A stretch of 64,000 bases of DNA. It comes from Eledone cirrhosa (lineage: Eukaryota). The position numbers were made by a program, and so were the translations under genes. Where the stretch lies: contig OZ024747.1 in NCBI GenBank assembly GCA_964016885.1, forward strand, positions 13,454,001 through 13,518,000. Direction: 5' to 3'. The notes beneath the pieces were generated by a model, which worked only from the letters and a program-made list of their open reading frames with translations, searched no databases and was not told where the DNA came from. Below are positions 1 through 64,000 of the stretch, piece by piece; the first letter of the stretch is position 1, and each line of letters begins with the position of its first letter.

Positions 1-304
1 CAATATAAATTGATGGAGAATATAGCTACAAGCTTTAAGCCTGAGAATTGTAGACAGTTTATGAAATTTTTTCAGCTGAACAAGGAAGACAGATGAATGT
101 TTTGTAGGAATTTAATTAAGAATTTTTTCCTCATGGGAAATATTTAATAGGAAGTGGTTCCAGACATTTAGATCAGAAGTTAGAAGTAGATTTCCTTATA
201 TTTTATTTTATTTTATTTTCAACCTATGTTGAAACTGAAGCAAAGCAAATCTGTTGTAAAAAAAAGTGTTGCGTTAAAACTGTTGAATGCCTTTTACTCT
301 CACT

Positions 305-829
305 TTCTCTTCTCTCTCTCTCTCCCTCGCCCTCCTTCTTTCTCTCTCTCTGTCCCTCTCTTTCTCTCTCTCTGTCTCTTTCTCACTCTTTCTCTCTCCC
401 TGTCTCTCTCTCTCTCTCTGTCTCTCTCTCGCGCTTTCTCTCTCTCTGTCTCTCTCTCTCCAGACACACATTTAATGATAATAATAAGAAGAAGGAAAAT
501 AATAATAACAATAATGGTTTCATTCATTGGCCACAGGAACAACATATTAAAATATCATCATTATATTTATTCACATCATTATATTTATTCACATGTGACT
601 TGTGCTTTGCAATCGATCAGCTTTTGGGCCTTTTTGATGCAAGAGAGATCTGAAGATTTCTATCTTTGAGTTTAGGTAAATATCTGATGAGTATAGACCC
701 TGTAAGATCCTGAATTTCTCACTTAGGCAAGGTGAGCAGTTTTGGGTTGTGTGTTCAGCAAGCCTTTGCATCTCCCCATATATTGAGTACTTCCATGGTT
801 AGTGCTCTCCCCAGTCACAGCACTGCAGA

Positions 830-898
<69 letters not shown>

Positions 899-931
899 TC
901 TCTCTCTCTATCTCTCTCTCTCTCTATCTCT

Positions 932-965
<34 letters not shown>

Positions 966-1048
966 AGAGATAGAGAGAGAGAGAGAGAGAGTCTGCAGAT
1001 AGATAGATAGATAGATAGATAGATATATAGATAGATATAGATATATAT
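305..1048. repeat. (CT)n, (TA)n, (AG)n and (AGAT)n microsatellite cluster; similar (TA)/(TG) tracts at 30940-31600, 52250-52720, 60500-61160, 62695-63215
   Basis: Direct reading. Confidence 0.9.
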
Positions 1049-1381
1049 TTGAAAAAAAGAAAAGAATGACTTCACTTGTAGTTCTAAACAATTTAATTTT
1101 ATAATATTATAATTTTACAATTTGCGGTGGCCTAGTGGTAGTTATTAGAACCGGTGGAGATTCTGGTCTGCGGTTCAATCCTGGACCGGAGATACAAGTA
1201 GGGTGTCCTATTATTATTTTTAGACTAGATCTACAAAACTAAATTATAAAATTATAATATTATAAAATTATAATATTATAAAATTAAATTGTTTAGAACT
1301 ACAAGTGAAGTCATTCTTTTCCTTTTTTCAAATATACCTGACTGTACCAAGGATTTCACACATTTTCCAATATATATATAT

Positions 1382-1382
<1 letters not shown>

Positions 1383-1412
<30 letters not shown>

Positions 1413-1720
1413 CCGTTTTACGTCCGTTCTTCCACGCTAGCATGGGTTAGACGGGTTGTCCTGTTGTGGGCAGTGTCTGGTCGGCTGACCATGCCTTGCT
1501 CATACAGGAACTGATCTGGCTTGATTTCTACAGCTGGATGCCCTTCCTAACACCAACCTCATTTACAGTGAGTGCTGGGTGCTTTTACGTGGCGCCTACA
1601 CGTCCACTTTACAGTGTGGGCTGGGTGCTTTTTTGCCGTGGCACCTCCACGACCACCTTGCGGTGAGGGGTGTGGGGGCATATTGTCTATATGCTTCAGC
1701 TTGTACCCATGGGAGGTCGG
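1383..1720 (-). mobile_element. RTE 3'-UTR-type non-coding copies; also approx. 6610-6820, 10365-10630, 12121-12450, 26720-26890 (+), 31024-31145 (+), 33568-33770, 39325-39650, 46480-46847, 56750-57005
   Basis: Shared motifs CAGCTGGATGCCCTTCCTAACACCAACC and (CAT)n-CGTTT(A/T)ACGTCC matching the UTR of the RTE at 42141-42944. Confidence 0.75.
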
Positions 1721-1740
1721 GTATATATATATATATATAT

Positions 1741-1941
1741 ATATGAAAAGAGTCAGGACCCCAACGGCTGAGCTCCAGCCGTATCGACGGCTAGATTCGA
1801 ACTAGACTCAACAGCTATTGAAACAGCCAGAGCTCAGCCATCACGGTCCTGACTCTTTTCATATTACCCACTCTACTGCTCTAAGTATTGAGTACTCTGG
1901 TGCGTTATGGTCCACCTGGTATCTTACCACACCTTCTTTGT
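1741..1941 (+). mobile_element. PLE-like terminus, family A (fold-back plus tail) in (TA)n; other copies 12573-12752, tail only 44281-44356, tail 56649-56730
   Basis: Inverted repeat ATGAAAAGAGTCAGGACC...GGTCCTGACTCTTTTCAT. The 12573 copy keeps a hammerhead 3' half GAAACGGC...GCCGTC. Shared tail ACCCACTCTACT...GAGTACTCTGGTG. Confidence 0.7.
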
Positions 1942-3415
1942 TATATATATACACACACACAGAGTTTCAAAAGCTTAACCAAAATTCTCTACTGAATGCT
2001 CTAACAAAAGCTTATTATACCATCCATACTACACACAGTTGCTAGCTTTTAGCTGAAGAATCAGTCATATCATATTTATGTAGAAGTATTCAGCTGTTGA
2101 ATATCTACTTCAACAATTCCAGAAATTATTCAAATTTATGTGTGTGTGTGTGTGTGTGTGCATGTGTTTGTCATTTTCATTGTCTTTAATGTATAGAGTA
2201 TTGCATTTATTTCTGCTTGATTAGACAAATCATTGCAAAGCTCATTAACCAATTTAATGCTGAGCTGTTTCTGTTCTGTAATGGCGCATCTGGTTGGTAT
2301 AGGATGTTTGTATTATATATTTCCTATTGTAATAAACTAGGAAGAAAGTTTAACTGAACTTTTGGTCACATAAGGAAGCCATATATAGAGTTAAATGATT
2401 AGTATTAATGAATAAGTGGGTGAACATAGAGCTACATTTTATTTTACAGCTTAAATGTAAGACCATAAAAATTTGTCGATCGACTTTCATCAAATCGGAC
2501 CAAGGAAACAATGTTTCCGTTGGTCTTTCCAATTGCTAATACTATCTATCAGTCACAACTCCAGGTAGAAGTAGCAAAGTGAAATAAAGTGTCTTGCTGA
2601 AGGAATCAAACTGACAACCTCACGATTGCGAATCCAGTTCTATAACCACTCAGCCACACACCTTCACTTATAATAATAAGAACACATAAAATCTCCAGTT
2701 AATAATTAATTGATAAAAATACATTATAGAAATAAAAAAAAATTAAGAAAATAGCTTTAAATACAACATAAACAACAACAACAACAAGAAATTCTAGGCC
2801 ATATTTCCTGCTAGAACAGGGATTAGCCTTGTGAGCCCCATGAACAGCTTCTTCCTTTTGCACTATACTCTGCATCCCCTTACCAACCCTCTAGCTTTCA
2901 TTTTCTTCTCTAATTCTTTAACAATGTCTTTCTTGGTCTTCCCCTTCCTCTATTTCCTTCCACATTAATTTCCGTCACTCCTTTCACACAGTAATTCTTT
3001 CTCAAAATATGACCCAACCATTTCATTCAATATCTCTTCATAACATTCATCATTGGTTCTATTCCAATTATTTTTCAATAATATTTTATATCCCCCCACC
3101 CTCTCTCAGTGATACTCTTCTCATCTCCAGATCATTCTCATTTCCGTTCTTTCAAGCCTTCTTTGCTGTTCTATATTTATCACCCATGTTTTGCTCCCTT
3201 AAATCATGGCTCTTCTCATCTTCTCACACATATATTTTACACCTTTCCCTTCAGTTTCAACAATACTTCCTCCTTATTTAACTGACCACTCATTTCCTGG
3301 AACTTCTACACACATCACAGTCTAGCTACTATTACCTCTCCACTCAACATGTCTCCTAAGGAGAGCAAATGGTTCTTTATTAGACATTTACTTATATATC
3401 TTACCTCTGTTTCAG

Positions 3416-60059
<56,644 letters not shown>

Positions 60060-63000
60060 GTACAAGTGTTTTCTTTTTTTTATGAGTATGTGTGGGTTTG
60101 TGTGTACGTTTGTATATATGTGTTTGTATGTATATGTGTAAGAATGTGTTTGTATACCCATGGAGGCGCATGGCTTAGTGGTTAGAGCATTGGCCTTGCA
60201 ATCGAAAGGTTGTGAGTTCAATTCTCAGACCGGGTGATGTGTTGTTTCCTTGAGCAAGACACTTTATTTCACATTGCTCCAGTTTACTCAGCTGTAGAAA
60301 TGAGATGATAGAGACTGGGGTCCATATCACTCCACTGCAAAGTGGTCGTGGAGGTGCCACGGCAAAAAAGCACCCAGCACTCACTGTAAATGAGGTTGGT
60401 GTTAGGAAGGGCATCCAGCTGTAGAAATCAAGCCAAAATCAGTTCCCGTCTCACCCTTGCAAGCAGGGTAAAGCAGACATAAAAAAAATATAAAATATAT
60501 GTGAGAATATGTGTGTTTCTGTATGAAGTATAAGTATGATTTTGCATGGCTGTGTGTACATGGGAGTATATGTGCATTTATGTATGCATGAGTTTGTATG
60601 TCTGTGTGTTTATGTGAGTGTATGTGTGCATTTATGAGTGAAAGTGTTTGTGTTGGTATGTGTATGTTTTAGTATATTCATGTTTACATTCGCGTATATG
60701 TGTGCTTGTATAAATATGTGCATGTTTTTGTATGTTTTGTGTGTGTTTGTGTAAATATGTGTATGTATATTTTTGCATGTTTATGCGTTTGTGGGAGCAT
60801 GTGTGTGTTTGTGTAAATATGTGTATGCATGTTTTTGTATGTTTATGTGAGAGCAAGTGTGTGTTTGTGTAAATATGTGTATGCATGTTTTTGTATGTTT
60901 ATGTGAGAGCATGTGTGTGTTTGTGTAAATATGTGTATGCATGTTTTTGTATGTTTATGTGAGAGCATGTGTGTGTTTGTGTAAATATGTGTATGCATGT
61001 TTTGTATGTTTATGTGTTTATGTGAGAGCATGTGTGTGTTTGTGTAAATATGTGTATGCATGTTTTTGTATGTTTATGTGTTTATGTGAGAGTTTGTTTC
61101 TGTTGTGCATGTACGTTTTTGTATTTACATGGGTGCTTGTGTGTGTTTGCATGTGTGTTAAATATTTTTGTGTTCCAGTTGATTTTTAAAAATCAAATTA
61201 TTTTATCAGTGTGATATATTTGCATAATATGACTCCCTCCCCTAATGTACTCAGTTGATATAAAAGTGTTTCTTTAAACTGTGTAGTAATGTTGTTGTTG
61301 ATGTTAGTGGTGGTGGTCGTGATGGTGTTTAGTTCTATATCATAGTCATTTTCTGTGCATGCAAAAGTGAATTTCTAGCAGAAATCCCAGAAAACTTTTG
61401 CAGCTATTTCATCATGAATGCAGTTTTTCTAATTATTTTGAGTTAACTGTGAGTATTGTGAAACTATGTGAACTATTGTACTGTTTATTTTATTGTATAT
61501 TCTTAATTTGGGTAAACAGGTCTGCTTATTTATCATTCTCTTTATACAAATATATTCCTGGTTCTGTGAAACCCAGCTTCTCAAGATTTGTACTGAGGCA
61601 GTTAGTAAAATGTCCCAGGGCCCCAAGGATCACATATACAAATCTAAAAGTATAGTCAGAGTGGAGTATCTGCAGATTTCTCATTAGTTCAGCATTAATG
61701 CTAAACTTTAGCATTAAATTGACATCTGCTGGGTAGATGTATGTACCCATAACCCTTGATAGAGTTGCAAGGGGAGGAGGATATTATGACATATGGTGAG
61801 TCTTGGGGATTTTAAAACCTGGCAGAGCCCTTCTCCTCTCTAGGCTGGAATACAATTGATTTCATGCAGCGAAGGAGAGAGAATGAGAGAGAGAGGCAGT
61901 GAAAAAAAGATATAGAGGAAGAATTGACCCCAGTACTTGACTGGTACTTTTTTTTTATTGATCTTGAAAGATGAAAGACAAAGTTGACCTCGATAGGATT
62001 TAAGATCAGAGAGTGCTGCAGAAGGAGCCCAGTGAGATGGAGTGGTTGATGCAGTGGGTATCACTGGCTGTTCTCCTCAGCAATGCTGTCACCATTTTGT
62101 CTGTAGGATGCAGCTGAAATATGCCATTCAGACTGGTATGTAGAGTCAGCTGCTCCCAAGAGAAATCATTATGGTTGTTATCAGAAGCAACAGATTTCAG
62201 GTCATTATCATAATTGGTACTTTATTTTATCGACCCCGTAAGGATGAAAGGCAAAGTCAGCCGAGGTTAACTTTGCCTTTCATCCTTACGGGGGTCGATA
62301 AAATAAAGTACCAGTAATGCACTGGGTAATTGCTAGCCTTGTGCCAATAGTAGAAAGAATTATCATAATTGTTGGCGGTGGATTGACAGTATTGGTAGAG
62401 GGTCGGATGCCATGCTTTCTAGCATAGAGTTACGGCCCTTGCCATTCTGAGTTCAAATCCCGCTGAGGTTAACTTTGCCTTTCATCCTTACAGGGTCGAT
62501 AAAATAAAGTACCAGTAATGTATTGCCATTCTGAGTTCAAATCCCGCTGAGGTTAACTTTGCCTTTCATCCTTACGGGGTCGATAAAATAAAGTACCAGT
62601 AATGTACTGGGTAATTGCTGGCCTTGTGCCTAAAGTAAAAACAATTATCATAATTGTTGCTATTGTTACTATTAGTATTACCATTATTACTTAATGTCTG
62701 TATGTGTGAGTGTGTGTATGAGTACATTGTACATGTGTACATGTGTGTGTGTGTGTGTGTACATGTGTATGTGTACAAGTGTATGTGTACATGTGGGTGT
62801 GTGTGTGTACAAATGTATATGTGTGTGTACATATGTATGTGTACAAGTGTGTGTGTGTGTACAAGTGTGTGTGTGTGTGTACAAGTGTATATGTGTGTGT
62901 ATATGTGTGTGTACATGTGTGTGTACAAGTGTGTGTATGTGTCTGTACAAGTGTGTGTATGTGAGTACAAGTGTGTGTGTACAAGTGTGTGTGTGTGCAA

Positions 63001-64000
63001 GTGTGTGTATGTGTGTGCAAGTGTGTGTGTGTATCTACAAGTGTGTGTGTATGTGTGTATGTATCAGAGTGTACAAGTGTGTGTATGTGTGTGTACATGT
63101 GTCTGTGTGTCTCTGTGTGTGTGTATGTACATGTGTGTGTGTATACAAGTGTGTCTGTGTGTGTATGTGTGTATGTACATGTGTGTGTGTGTGTGTGTGT
63201 GTACAAGTGTGTGCACATCTTTCAGCATGTGTTATTTCTGTTAATGAACTCATTCAACAAATCTTTTATCTTCTCTCTTGTCTCAATCCAAAACTGTTTC
63301 GCATGATTAAGAAAGTCTTCAAATTTTTACCATTTTTCATCTAAAAGGCTGCTGATGAAATATAACAACAACATTAAATAATAATAATAATAATAATTGT
63401 TTCTACTTTTGGCACAAGGCCAGCAATTATCCAGTGCATTACTGGTACTTTAAAATTCCCCAATAGGAGGGAGAGTTCCGAGGGACACTCATGGAGAAAG
63501 CCCATTAAAAAAGCCACGGTGACCCTGACCACCCAGTTTCCCACCTTCAATCTACAGGTGCGTACTCAGAGCAGGCCCATTCACTCAGACCTTGCTTGCC
63601 TCTCTCACCCATCTTTCAACAAATTGCTGAGAAGAGAGCACTTCCCTCGCCACCCTGGTTGTTTCTACTTTTGGCACAAGGCTAGCAATTACTCAGTGCA
63701 TTACTGGTACTTTATTTTATCGACCCTGTAAGGATGAAAGGCAAAGTTAACCTCAGTGGGATTAATTACTTTAATTGGCCACAGAGGGTTGACATAAAGC
63801 AAACAATAAAGAGGGCACAGGATGATATAGTGTAGGTTTTTGTGTGTAAAAATAAAGGTTAGAACAAAACTAAAAAAAAAATAAACATTTAAAGTAATCA
63901 AACAAAGCAAATTCCCCATTGAGACTTCCAAGGGACACTCATGGAGAAAGCCCACAAAAAGACAATCACCATCCATTTTCCACACTAGCATGGGTTAGAC

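Noticed and set aside
60162-60235. tRNA genes at SINE heads (GCA anticodon-like loop)
   Set aside because: A and B boxes are present but the acceptor and anticodon stems are imperfect and the sequence runs into a SINE body.
62572-63344. Many overlapping Cys/Val/Tyr and His/Thr ORFs (also 226-1010, 30830-32414, 52190-52751)
   Set aside because: Dinucleotide microsatellites lack stop codons; artefactual ORFs.
60060-64000. Next dynein exon (expected to continue GG...)
   Set aside because: No matching exon was found before the window end; the intron appears to continue beyond it.

Overview
Eukaryotic, AT-rich, microsatellite-dense genomic DNA, most consistent with a coleoid cephalopod such as an octopus (inferred from the repeat families). 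The whole window lies inside one + strand gene, an axonemal outer-arm dynein heavy chain (DNAH5/DNAH8 type). Nineteen GT-AG exons (3416-60059, 3349 nt, about 1116 codons) splice into an uninterrupted frame covering the end of AAA3, AAA4, the stalk/MTBD and AAA5. The gene's start and end are outside the window. The introns hold tRNA-derived SINEs, RTE and Tx1-clade LINE fragments, a DD37D (maT) transposase relic, TTAA-flanked piggyBac-type MITEs and minisatellites. The most unusual signal is a set of about 10 short elements, all inserted in (TA)n arrays, that look like Penelope-like (PLE) termini. Most share one layout: a fold-back inverted arm, a type I hammerhead ribozyme (whole or broken at the fold), and a 3' tail with a covarying ACTC...GAGT hairpin. 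Four unrelated families carry a non-canonical U.U at the base of hammerhead stem II, and one family also has CAGAAGA in place of CUGANGA. All structures were read by eye; no folding or database search was run.
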